A DNA stretch of 60,241 nt, the filler included. It is 7 parts of 7 records of this genome, joined end to end, with 100 filler letters (N's around TTAATTAATTAA, not from the genome) between each part and the next. Parts side by side here need not be neighbours in the genome. Positions count along the whole stretch, not along the records: positions 47,560 to 53,032 come from SRR31156797_13658; positions 53,133 to 60,241 come from SRR31156797_13665; 5 more parts are not named here. One strand, 5' to 3'. The notes beneath the pieces are model-generated. The model searched no databases and was not told where the DNA came from. It worked only from the letters and a program-made list of their open reading frames with translations. This document shows positions 47,560 through 56,432 of this stretch, one piece after another (the first letter of the stretch is position 1; every line of letters starts with the position of its first letter). Both the position numbers and the translations under genes were made by a program.

Positions 47560-48412
47560 GGGAATGGTTTTCTCCGACTGGAAACCCGGCCCAACCATCA
47601 GGTCACTGCTATTCGGTGGTATTCCTATGGTGCTGGCAGCCGTATTCATTATCGGAGGTTCCCGATTGATCTCGGCCTTTGAGCTTGACGGCATGCTGCA
47701 GGTCATGGCGTTTGGTTTCTTTGGTCAGTTATTCTGGATGTTCGTTGGAGTTGCATTATTGGTATTTCTGGGTAAGGCAAACAAAGTCGACATTCTTGCA
47801 CCCGGTATGGCGGGCTCATTATCTCACTCGGGATTGACCGGTGCTTGTACGGCTGGAGATCTGGGACTTGCCGCCAAGGAACGCGGACCGGTCATGATCA
47901 ATATTCCATTCTTTGGTCATTTATTTGTCTTCACTATCCTGGCCATGAGTGCTACACGGGGAAAATTACTTCTGGTACCATCTCTCTTGGTCGTACTTGC
48001 GGGTGCGGTCCTGACATATTTTGCTCTGACGACCCTTAGCAAAGCAAAGGGCGAAGAAAGCAAAGAGATCAAGGGTTTGATCCTCTTTTCACTCGGTTGG
48101 CAATTGGTCGCAGTCTTTGGTGGTTTTATCATGCTGCACTTTGCAGGCATGAAGCTGGAATACGCCGCTATGGCAAATTCTTCGGCTATTTCCCACTTCG
48201 GACTTTTCGCATCCATCCAGGGTGGTATGTTCGGTGCTGAATCGGCTGGCTTGATATCATTCATCTTTGCCATGCCATTCCTGATCCATCCTGTGGTCTT
48301 TGGAATGTTCGGTAAGGCAATGAGCAACAACGGAGAAATGCCCAAGAAAATTGTCGCATTACTGGCAATACTTGGTGTATTGGGTGTCTTGTTCACACTG
48401 ATCTTTCTGTAA
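47560..48412 (+). CDS. Multi-pass membrane protein, 5'-truncated, function unknown
   Basis: Many Gly-rich hydrophobic segments; SHSGLTG and SHFGLFA pseudo-repeat. Confidence 0.75.
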
Positions 48413-48458
48413 AATATAATTAAATCACGATCATAACCCCCATCCCTTTGGAAGGGGG

Positions 48459-49052
48459 TTATGTATTTCTGGAGTAATTTTTGGGATTGTTGTTGATGTA
48501 AGTCTCGATTTCATGTAAAACTTGGTCATTGAAAATGACCTTATCATAAAATGATTTTTGCCATTTTAATTGTTTGTTATCTTCGATTTCATGAATTTTA
48601 CGCGTACATGCCGATTTGAATGAACGAATAATTACTGGTATTGATTTCGGTTTTAATTTATGGAATGTGTTCCGTGTGTTTATTTCCTGTTTGTTGGTAG
48701 AGGCGCAACAACGTTGCGTCTCCATGTTTTTGTCATTAGAGACGTAGCACTGCTGCGTCTCTACCAGAGTTCGTTTATTGCAGATTCGTAATGAAAGGTG
48801 AACATGGTCCGGCATAACAACCCATGTGCGTAGGATAACATTTTCAAAGTGATCAGGTATTTCTAATAAATATTCTTTGACAATTTTCCCGCGTGTATTC
48901 AATTCAACACCATTATTAAATATTTTGCCAAAAATATTGCCACTTTTATCTGCCCGTATTGTTATGAAATAATCCCCATTGTCGGAATAATCCCACCATG
49001 GCAAACGTAATGATTTTGTGCGATATTTATTCTTGTACAATTTTCGTCCCAT
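48459..49052 (-). mobile_element. REP-associated tyrosine transposase (RAYT, Y1 HUH family)
   Basis: SLRL..WDYS..G.YFITI, VVMPDHVH (HUH), IIRSFKS, WQKSFYD, YINNNP (catalytic Tyr). Confidence 0.85.
48697..48764. repeat. Two GTAG-type REP palindromes inside the RAYT coding sequence
   Basis: GTAGAGGCGCAACAACGTTGCGTCTCCAT (48697-48725) and TTAGAGACGTAGCACTGCTGCGTCTCTAC (48736-48764). Confidence 0.75.
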
Positions 49053-49264
49053 ACATAAATAAATGATATAAATCATTCAATTTCAATATCGAATTTATAG
49101 GTGTGATCCGAATCACATTTTATCTTTGCGACATGTCATGGCATGTCGCTTTGTTATCGTTCAACATAACAATTAAATTGTATTTCTCCCTCCATCCCCT
49201 TAATTTTACGAATTGAAATGACAAAAAAACAAAAACCCCTCATTTTCATGAGAGGTTTGTTTCG

Positions 49265-49348
49265 TACCGAGGGCGGGAATCGAACCCGCACTGACCGAAG
49301 CCAGGGGGATTTTGAGTCCCCTGCGTCTACCAATTTCACCACCTCGGC
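49265..49348 (-). tRNA. tRNA-Leu (CAA)
   Basis: GCCGAGG acceptor, TGGTGAAATTGGTAGAC D-arm, GGGGA-CTCAAAA-TCCCC anticodon arm, long variable arm, GGTTCGATTCC; CCA not encoded; terminator follows. Confidence 0.96.
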
Positions 49349-49423
49349 ATCGCAGTTGTGATTTTCATGATAAATTGCGTTAAAGTCAAGGAAAAACTTC
49401 AATAAATAAGGACTTAAGTCACA

Positions 49424-49855
49424 ATGAAAGTAAAATTCAAACGCCTCTCCCCTCATGCCATCATCCCCTCACAACAACATGCTTATGATGCCGGATACGA
49501 TGTTACCTCCGTTGAAGACAAGCTTATCCCAGCCGGTAAATGGGCTTTGATCAAGACCGGTCTTGCGGTTGAACTACCGGCAGAAATGGAACTGCAAGTG
49601 CGCTCAAGATCCGGGTTGGCATTCAAAAAAGGCGTCTTTTGTTTAAACGCCCCGGGGACAGTTGATGCGGGATATAGAAATGAGATCGGTGTGATCCTGG
49701 CCAATTTCGGAGAAGAAGATTTTCAGGTATCCGTGGGTGATCGCGTAGCCCAATTTATTTTTCAAACCCCGAAACATCCCGAGATCAATGAAGTAGAAGA
49801 GCTTGGTGAATCCGACCGCGGACAAGGCGGGTTCGGTTCAACGGGTATGAAATAA
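49424..49855 (+). CDS. dut: dUTP diphosphatase
   Basis: DAGYD, RSRSGLA, GTVDAGYR, RVAQ, RGQGGFGSTG. Confidence 0.95.
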   Translation: MKVKFKRLSPHAIIPSQQHAYDAGYDVTSVEDKLIPAGKWALIKTGLAVELPAEMELQVRSRSGLAFKKGVFCLNAPGTVDAGYRNEIGVILANFGEEDFQVSVGDRVAQFIFQTPKHPEINEVEELGESDRGQGGFGSTGMK

Positions 49856-49870
49856 TCAAAAAGGGATACC

Positions 49871-50704
49871 ATGAAACGTTTACTAGTGATCTTTAGTATT
49901 TTTCTTCTTTTTACCGCTTGTGACCAGGTGGATGTAGCAGAGGATAAATGGGAGACTGTTGCTTACAATGAAGTTGCGGTAGACGCCGCCCCCATGTACA
50001 GTAAAGTCGCCGCTTCCGGAAGAATGATGAACGAGGTCTCAGAAGAACAAAAGATCATCCGTTCAGCGAATTTACGATATGAAGTCGATAACATGGACGT
50101 ATCATTAGAGAATATTGATAAGCTACTAAACGAATACAATGGCGTGATACAAAATCAACGTCAATACAGCCAATATGACCGTCTTAACACCTACCTTACG
50201 GTCAGGGTTCCGGCTAAAGATTACGAGGCGTTTGTTGAGGCTCTTCTTGAAGGAGAAGGCATCCGTCGTCTTGATGAGAAAAATCTCTCTGCAAAGGATG
50301 TGACCGAACAATTCATTGATATCCAAGCACGTTTATCCACTAAAAAAGAAGCAATGGCACGCTATAAAGTGCTTTTGCAAAAAGCTGAAACCGTCACAGA
50401 TATGATCACGGTTGAAGAGAAGATCCGCAAACTCCAGGAAGAGATCGAATCAAAAGAAGCTCGCTTAAAATACTTGAAGAATCAGGTTGAAATGAGCGAG
50501 GTTCGTATCGATATCTATGAGATCATTAAAACAACTTACATACCCGAAAAATCTACAGGCTTCTTTTCCACGATCCTTAAGGCGCTTCACAGTGGCCTGA
50601 AAGGGATCCTCATCGTACTGATCTGGATCGTCCGCTTATGGCCGGTCTGGTTGGCATATATTATTATCAGATTGATCTTAAGGTCTAGAAAAAAGGATAA
50701 ATAA
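49871..50704 (+). CDS. DUF4349 domain lipoprotein
   Basis: Lipobox FTA-C; KIIRSA, LTVRVP, DVTEQFID, coiled coil, C-terminal TM. Confidence 0.85.
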   Translation: MKRLLVIFSIFLLFTACDQVDVAEDKWETVAYNEVAVDAAPMYSKVAASGRMMNEVSEEQKIIRSANLRYEVDNMDVSLENIDKLLNEYNGVIQNQRQYSQYDRLNTYLTVRVPAKDYEAFVEALLEGEGIRRLDEKNLSAKDVTEQFIDIQARLSTKKEAMARYKVLLQKAETVTDMITVEEKIRKLQEEIESKEARLKYLKNQVEMSEVRIDIYEIIKTTYIPEKSTGFFSTILKALHSGLKGILIVLIWIVRLWPVWLAYIIIRLILRSRKKDK

Positions 50705-51129
50705 TGAAGATTCTGGTTATCTGCACAGGAAACTCCTGCCGCTCCCAGATGGCACATGGTTTTCTAAATCACTTTAATAATGATATGGAAGTATATTCCG
50801 CCGGGGTACAACCTGCCTACAAAGTTATGGAAGAAACCGTCGAAGTCATGGCTGAAAAGGGTATTGACATCAGCGGTCACTTCCCGGAGCATGTTTACGA
50901 CTTTATTAAAGAACCCTTTGATTATGTGATCACGGTCTGTGATCATGCCAATGAAGAATGCCCGATCTTTGACGGTAAAGTAAAAAATAGGTTACATTTT
51001 CCATTTCCTGATCCCATACACGCCAAAGGCAATATAAAAAAACGTTTGAAAGTATATCGAGAAATTCGCGATATGATAGAAAAGAAATTCTATGATTTCT
51101 ATAAAAAGGAAGTTGAACCCAATTTATGA
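50704..51129 (+). CDS. arsC: Arsenate reductase, LMW-PTP type
   Basis: CTGNSCRSQMA, ITVCD..E.CP, FPDP. Confidence 0.88.
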   Translation: MKILVICTGNSCRSQMAHGFLNHFNNDMEVYSAGVQPAYKVMEETVEVMAEKGIDISGHFPEHVYDFIKEPFDYVITVCDHANEECPIFDGKVKNRLHFPFPDPIHAKGNIKKRLKVYREIRDMIEKKFYDFYKKEVEPNL

Positions 51130-51662
51130 CATTCATTGATCTTGTAAAAACCCGGCAAAGCGATAGAAAATATTTAGATAAGCCTGTTGAGCGCGAAAAA
51201 ATAGAGCGTTGTCTGGAAGCAGCAAGACTCTCGCCCTCAGCTTCAAATTCTCAACCTTGGGAATTCATTGTTGTAGATGATCTTGTTTTAAAAAATAAAG
51301 TTGCACACGCCACTTATGGTCCTGCAATATCTTTTAATCGTTGGGTTCCCTCAGCCCCTGTCATGGTGGTAGTAAATTCGTGGAAACCGGGCCTTCATAT
51401 TGCTTTGGGTGGTGTGCTTAAAAACCGTCAATTTAACTTGATCGATGCAGGAATTGCTGCTGAACATTTTTGCCTTCAAGCAAGCGAAGAAGGGCTTGGT
51501 ACTTGCATGCTGGGCTGGTTTCAAACAAAAAAGATCATGAAACTGTTAAATATCAAGTCCCCCAGAAAGCCGGTTCTGATCATCACACTCGGTTATTCCG
51601 GACATGAGCGGATCCGTGATAAAAAACGAAAAAGTTTAGACGAAATAAGAAAATATCTTTAG
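51126..51662 (+). CDS. Nitroreductase family protein
   Basis: RQSDRKY, AARLSPSASNSQPW, GLGTCMLG. Confidence 0.92.
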   Translation: MTFIDLVKTRQSDRKYLDKPVEREKIERCLEAARLSPSASNSQPWEFIVVDDLVLKNKVAHATYGPAISFNRWVPSAPVMVVVNSWKPGLHIALGGVLKNRQFNLIDAGIAAEHFCLQASEEGLGTCMLGWFQTKKIMKLLNIKSPRKPVLIITLGYSGHERIRDKKRKSLDEIRKYL

Positions 51663-51713
51663 TAACTGGTAGATAAGCACAAATTATCAAATTGCATAAA
51701 TGGAATATTAGTA

Positions 51714-51838
51714 GTAGCCCCGAGCTTTAGCTCGGGGTTTTTTATTACACTTGCCGGGTTTCAACCCGTGCCTTCACGAAGGGGTTAAAACCCCAACTAT
51801 TATTTGATTACACACCCCGGGCTGAAGCCCGGGGCTAC
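51714..51838. repeat. Inverted GTAG-REP doublet (REPIN-like) with two internal mini-palindromes
   Basis: GTAGCCCCGAGCTTTAGCTCGGGG ... CCCCGGGCTGAAGCCCGGGGCTAC; inner CGGGTTTCAACCCG and GGGGTTAAAACCCC. Confidence 0.75.
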
Positions 51839-51947
51839 TGATTGATTTTTAATAACACTAGATTTAAATCCGGTGTAACAAAAATGGGCTGGAAATTTCC
51901 AGCCCCTACTTTTTTATTTCGTATTATTTTCTTAACTAGTCACTCAT

Positions 51948-52943
51948 TTACCATTTCCACCCGGAACTATGAATGGATCTCAATAGATCTCCCTCACGGT
52001 AGATAAAAAACGCTTCAACCCCTTCTAGGGATTCTATAAAATCCATTCCTTTTGTTTTTCCAAGGACAATGGCAGCTGTAGCTGAGGCATCGGCCAGCAT
52101 ACAACTTTCAGCAATTACTGTTACTGATGTCACGTCATGTTTAATGGGATAACCTGTCTTTGGATTTATCAGGTGTGAATAGCGTTCTCCATTCTCTATA
52201 TAAAATTGTTGATAATCGCCGGATGTTGCGCAGGACATATCCTTAAGACTTATTATTTCCGCCGATTCTTTATTCCCGGTATTGTTTTCATCCGGTACTG
52301 CTATACCAATATGCCATTTCTTCCCTTTTGCTTTTACTTCTCCACCTATCTCTACAAGAATATCTTCATATCCCAGTAAAGCGATCTCACCCATGACCAC
52401 ATCTACACCATAACCTTTTGCTATAGCTGAATAATCCAAGTGTAATTCAGGATCTTTTTTTAAAATTCCATCTTTCATTATCCTGATCTTATATAATCCG
52501 ACATGTTGGAGACAGTGTTCAATCTCTTTGATCTCGGGACGTTTATTTAACCCTTCATCACCAAAGCCCCATAATGACACCAGATCTTTTACCGTTGGAT
52601 CAAAGGCACCGTTCGATCTTTCATATATGCTTTGCGCCAATTCTGTAACTTTCAGAAATTCAGCAGTGGAAGTAAAAACGTCCTCACCCATATATTGATT
52701 AAAGTGAGATATTTCACTGTTAGGATCATAGGTGTTCAGACTGGTGTTCACTTTGGATAATGCACGGTCGATCGCAATTTGTATTTGTTCTCTTGCATTT
52801 TCATTATTTACACCCACTACCTTTACCATATACCAGGTGCCCATTGTCTGCCCTTGAATGATCAACAGAGATTGGCGAGAGCAGGTTATCGCTATTATTG
52901 CAAATATTACCACGAGTAAGGGAACGAATATTCTTTTTTTCAT
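51948..52943 (-). CDS. apbE: FAD:protein FMN transferase ApbE (lipoprotein)
   Basis: GQTMGT, GAFDPTV, AIAKGYGVD, VEIGGE, ATSGDY, YSHLINP; lipobox AIT-C; start probably 52943. Confidence 0.92.
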   Translation of the reverse strand: MKKRIFVPLLVVIFAIIAITCSRQSLLIIQGQTMGTWYMVKVVGVNNENAREQIQIAIDRALSKVNTSLNTYDPNSEISHFNQYMGEDVFTSTAEFLKVTELAQSIYERSNGAFDPTVKDLVSLWGFGDEGLNKRPEIKEIEHCLQHVGLYKIRIMKDGILKKDPELHLDYSAIAKGYGVDVVMGEIALLGYEDILVEIGGEVKAKGKKWHIGIAVPDENNTGNKESAEIISLKDMSCATSGDYQQFYIENGERYSHLINPKTGYPIKHDVTSVTVIAESCMLADASATAAIVLGKTKGMDFIESLEGVEAFFIYREGDLLRSIHSSGWKW

Positions 52944-53132
52944 ATTAATCCATTTCAATTTAGAATTGCATTGAAATTTAAACATTATTTTTGCATTTTC
53001 AAGCACCTTGAATAAACAGGAGAAATTATGCGNNNNNNNNNNNNNNNNNNNNNNNNNNNNNNNNNNNNNNNNNNNNTTAATTAATTAANNNNNNNNNNNN
53101 NNNNNNNNNNNNNNNNNNNNNNNNNNNNNNNN

Positions 53133-53833
53133 TTTTTCACTCCAAAAGGATCTACCACATCAGCACCGTGACACACATCACCTTCAACACCAATTTTTCC
53201 GGCATAAGTTCCGGGAATAAATGAGGTTCCGGCAGTTTGTTCAAAGGTCATTCCATCGGCTGTTTTGGTAAACACAAATTCAGCATCGTACATACACTCT
53301 TTTTCGTAGGCAGCGGCAGCATACCATGAAGCATAAGCTTTTCCAGGATCTTCGAAATTTGGTCCCAATCCGGTATGGGCAGGTTGATCTGCAGCCCAGT
53401 ACCAAGTTTTAGAACTTCCTCCGGTCATGAAATCCACGGCTTCATCGTCAGTAAAGCTACTGAATACTTCAACCGGTATTGTAACGCTCGATTGAATACC
53501 GCCTGTACCAACAGCTACAACGGTAACGTTATAGGTATTCACCCCATTTTTAGAAAAACGATGAGTAATTTGTCCATCGGCAGAAATCTCATTGTCTTTT
53601 CCGTCACCAAACATGTAATTGAAAGTGATGTTATTGCTGGCAGTGGCCGTAAAATTAACCAGTCCACTACCATCTCCGTATGGATTTTCGGCATCAACAC
53701 CAACCACTTCGTAGCTCAATTCTACGTTTGATGGTGTTACCAATTCTCCTAATTCGTAATTATCGTCTTCGCATCCGCTGAATACCAATTGGAAACCAAG
53801 CAGGATTATAAATATATATCTTAGATTCTTCAT
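53133..53833 (-). CDS. PUL surface lipoprotein (PKD/Ig-like + putative glycan-binding domain), truncated
   Basis: Lipobox FSG-C; FGDG PKD-like motif; KTWYWAA..HTGLGP..WY; downstream of the susC/susD pair. Confidence 0.72.
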
Positions 53834-53847
53834 TTGTTTACGTTATT

Positions 53848-56421
53848 TTAGTTTTTAACAAGCTTAAATCTCCACCAGGCTTCGCCTCCCACAAAAATAT
53901 CAACGAGCATTTCCGTTTCATCTTCCGAGAGTTCAACTGTATAGGTAACAGATTTCGGTGCATCAGCAGGATTACTAAGTTCTGCACCATTTACAGCTTT
54001 TGGAATTCCAAGAAAAGCTCCTGTTCCATTCAAAGTCAGAGTTCCGGCTTCAGCATCGTAGCTATAGGTAGCAGCATTTGATCCGTCATGAGGTGCAACA
54101 GGCGTTCCGCAAGCATCGCTTCCGCCTTGCCATCCTTCAATCCAGGTATCAGCACCTAAATCGTTCAGAAATGAACCATCAGCTCCGAACACATATTCAT
54201 CGTCGTAAAAACATGCTCTGTCAGCAACTCCGGCATCATCAATTGCCCACCATGACAGATCTCCCTGTCCGGGGCCAACTCCTATCGAAGCAGCTTCAGC
54301 AGCAACGCTCCAACTACCAGTAAGCGGAGATACCGGAGCAGCACCATCTTTCACCAGTTTAAAGCGCCACCAGGCATCTCCCCCAACATGGATATCAACA
54401 ATCATTACAGTGTTGTCTTCCTGTAGTTCAACGATATAAGTGACTGATCCTGGCGCATCATCCGGACTCGCTAGCTCGGCACCATTAACTGCTTTCGGAA
54501 TACCTAGGTAAGCTCCCAGACCGTTTAGCGTGATTGTTCCATCTTCAGAATTGTATACATAGCTTGCAGCGTTTGATCCATCGTGAGGAGCAACAGGAGC
54601 ACCACAAGCATCGCCTCCACCTTGCCAGCCTTCAATCCAGGTATCACCACCCAGATCGTTCATAAACGAACCATTTGCACCAAATACAAAAGCATCGTCG
54701 TAGAAACAAGCTCTGTCGCTTACTCCGGCAGCATCAATAGCCCACCACGACATGTCTCCTTGTCCGGGGCCAACACCAATAGAGCCAGCTTCCGGAGCAA
54801 TTCTCCATGTCCCTTCAACCGGCGATGCAACGATATCAGCGGTTTTAACCAGTTTGTAACGCCACCAGCCACCGCCAATGTCGATGTTAACAATCATGGT
54901 ATTTTCATCAAGCAGTTCAATCTGATAAGTTATAGCATCAGGAGCATCTGCGGGATTGGCCAGCTCGCCACCGTTGTATGCTTTTGGTATACCCAGGAAA
55001 GCACCTTTACCATCGAGTGTTACGGTACCAGCACCGGTATCGTAACTGTAAGTAGCCACTGCCGAACCATCATGCGGAGCAACCGGAGTACCGCAAGCAT
55101 CGCTTCCGCCTTGCCAACCTTCAATCCAGGTGTCAGCACCTAAAACATTGCTGAATGTTCCATCATTGTAGAATATGTACTGGTCATCGAAGAAACAAGC
55201 TCTTCCGGTAACATCCGCTTCAGCATTTGCCCACCACGACACGTCGCCAAAGCTTGGACCAACTCCAATTGCACCAGCCTCGGGAGCCACTTGCCAAATA
55301 CCAGCAAGAGGACCACCTCCGCTTGGTGCAGCAGTTAATTTAATATCATCGAAATAATAAGTTGAACCATCTCCGGCATTACCGAAATCGAAGAAAATGA
55401 TTACTTTCTGGTATTCATTATTCATATCGATGGCCGAGAAGTTGAATGACAGCTCTTCCCATTCGTTTGCAACTGTTGTTGTTGCATCAACTTCCATGGC
55501 AATGTCACCATTATCAAGATTTTCAACTTTAAGTTTAACCACAGCACCGGCTTCTGGCGACCATGTTTTAACCTTAAAAATCTGCTTTGTTGAGAAATCG
55601 ATCGGGCTTTCAAGCGTAAGAAGTGTACCTCCCCATGTTTCTGCACTTTCTGATTTTACCGACTGTGCTACCCTTGCACTGGTATTTATTCCGGTTACAT
55701 CAGGATTATCAATTACTTCAGAAGCAACACCGCCAAAATCGCCAAAAGCATAATTCACGGTAAATGACTCGAAATCAATTGGCAGATTTACCGGATCGGA
55801 AGCTGCATCAATTGTTATTGTCTCGGTATAAGCAGTTGTGGCAGCACCGGCACTTTTTGCAATTACTTTTAATTCGTAATCACCAGCCTCGGCGTAGGTA
55901 TGCGTAGCCGCCTCTCCGGGTAATACATGTGTTGGTTCTTCATCTTCCACATCGCCAAAATAAATATCGATTACAGTAGCAAAAGTTGCTGTTGCTGAGA
56001 CCGACACTATTTTCGGATTTGTATCGTCTTTGGTAACGGTAACCACCAAATCTTCGGGAGCCTTAAAAGTTACATTTAGCTCTTTAGTCGTTTTGGTAAT
56101 CAGTCCGGTAATACCTGTTGCTGTAATTCCTACCTGGTAAACTCCTTCGGGATAGGTATGTGTTGTCGATTCCAGTGTACTCAATTCTACTGATTCGCCA
56201 TCGCCAAACTCTACCAGGTAACTTGCTGCTCCGTCGGAATTTGGGAAAATACTTACCAAACCGGTATTATCCTGGGTTATATCAAAAACCGCATTAACGT
56301 TTGCAGGCGCCTCAATATAATCCAGCGAATAAAATTTGTCTTCGTCTGTTATACAGGAAATGGCGAATAACAGGAAGAATAGAAACGTGAAACTATTTTT
56401 TAATATCTTCATTTTATTCAA
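53848..56421 (-). CDS. Multimodular surface glycan-binding lipoprotein (2 PKD-like, 1 CBM-like jelly roll, 3 tandem repeats)
   Basis: Lipobox AIS-C; PIDFE..YYFDDI domain; three copies of W..A.EA..IGVGP..GD.SWW..RACF.DD..DTWIEGWQGG.DACG.PVAPHDGS. Confidence 0.8.
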   Translation of the reverse strand: MNKMKILKNSFTFLFFLLFAISCITDEDKFYSLDYIEAPANVNAVFDITQDNTGLVSIFPNSDGAASYLVEFGDGESVELSTLESTTHTYPEGVYQVGITATGITGLITKTTKELNVTFKAPEDLVVTVTKDDTNPKIVSVSATATFATVIDIYFGDVEDEEPTHVLPGEAATHTYAEAGDYELKVIAKSAGAATTAYTETITIDAASDPVNLPIDFESFTVNYAFGDFGGVASEVIDNPDVTGINTSARVAQSVKSESAETWGGTLLTLESPIDFSTKQIFKVKTWSPEAGAVVKLKVENLDNGDIAMEVDATTTVANEWEELSFNFSAIDMNNEYQKVIIFFDFGNAGDGSTYYFDDIKLTAAPSGGGPLAGIWQVAPEAGAIGVGPSFGDVSWWANAEADVTGRACFFDDQYIFYNDGTFSNVLGADTWIEGWQGGSDACGTPVAPHDGSAVATYSYDTGAGTVTLDGKGAFLGIPKAYNGGELANPADAPDAITYQIELLDENTMIVNIDIGGGWWRYKLVKTADIVASPVEGTWRIAPEAGSIGVGPGQGDMSWWAIDAAGVSDRACFYDDAFVFGANGSFMNDLGGDTWIEGWQGGGDACGAPVAPHDGSNAASYVYNSEDGTITLNGLGAYLGIPKAVNGAELASPDDAPGSVTYIVELQEDNTVMIVDIHVGGDAWWRFKLVKDGAAPVSPLTGSWSVAAEAASIGVGPGQGDLSWWAIDDAGVADRACFYDDEYVFGADGSFLNDLGADTWIEGWQGGSDACGTPVAPHDGSNAATYSYDAEAGTLTLNGTGAFLGIPKAVNGAELSNPADAPKSVTYTVELSEDETEMLVDIFVGGEAWWRFKLVKN

Positions 56422-56432
56422 AATTTATAGGT

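Noticed and set aside
48459-49348. Integrative element at tRNA-Leu
   Set aside because: No integrase and no duplicated tRNA 3' end (att site) seen; only a RAYT gene lies downstream
49154-49456. 100-aa minus-strand ORF
   Set aside because: Runs through tRNA-Leu and its terminator; spurious translation
51714-51910. CRISPR array
   Set aside because: Repeats are inverted palindromes without regular unique spacers, and no cas genes are present in the window
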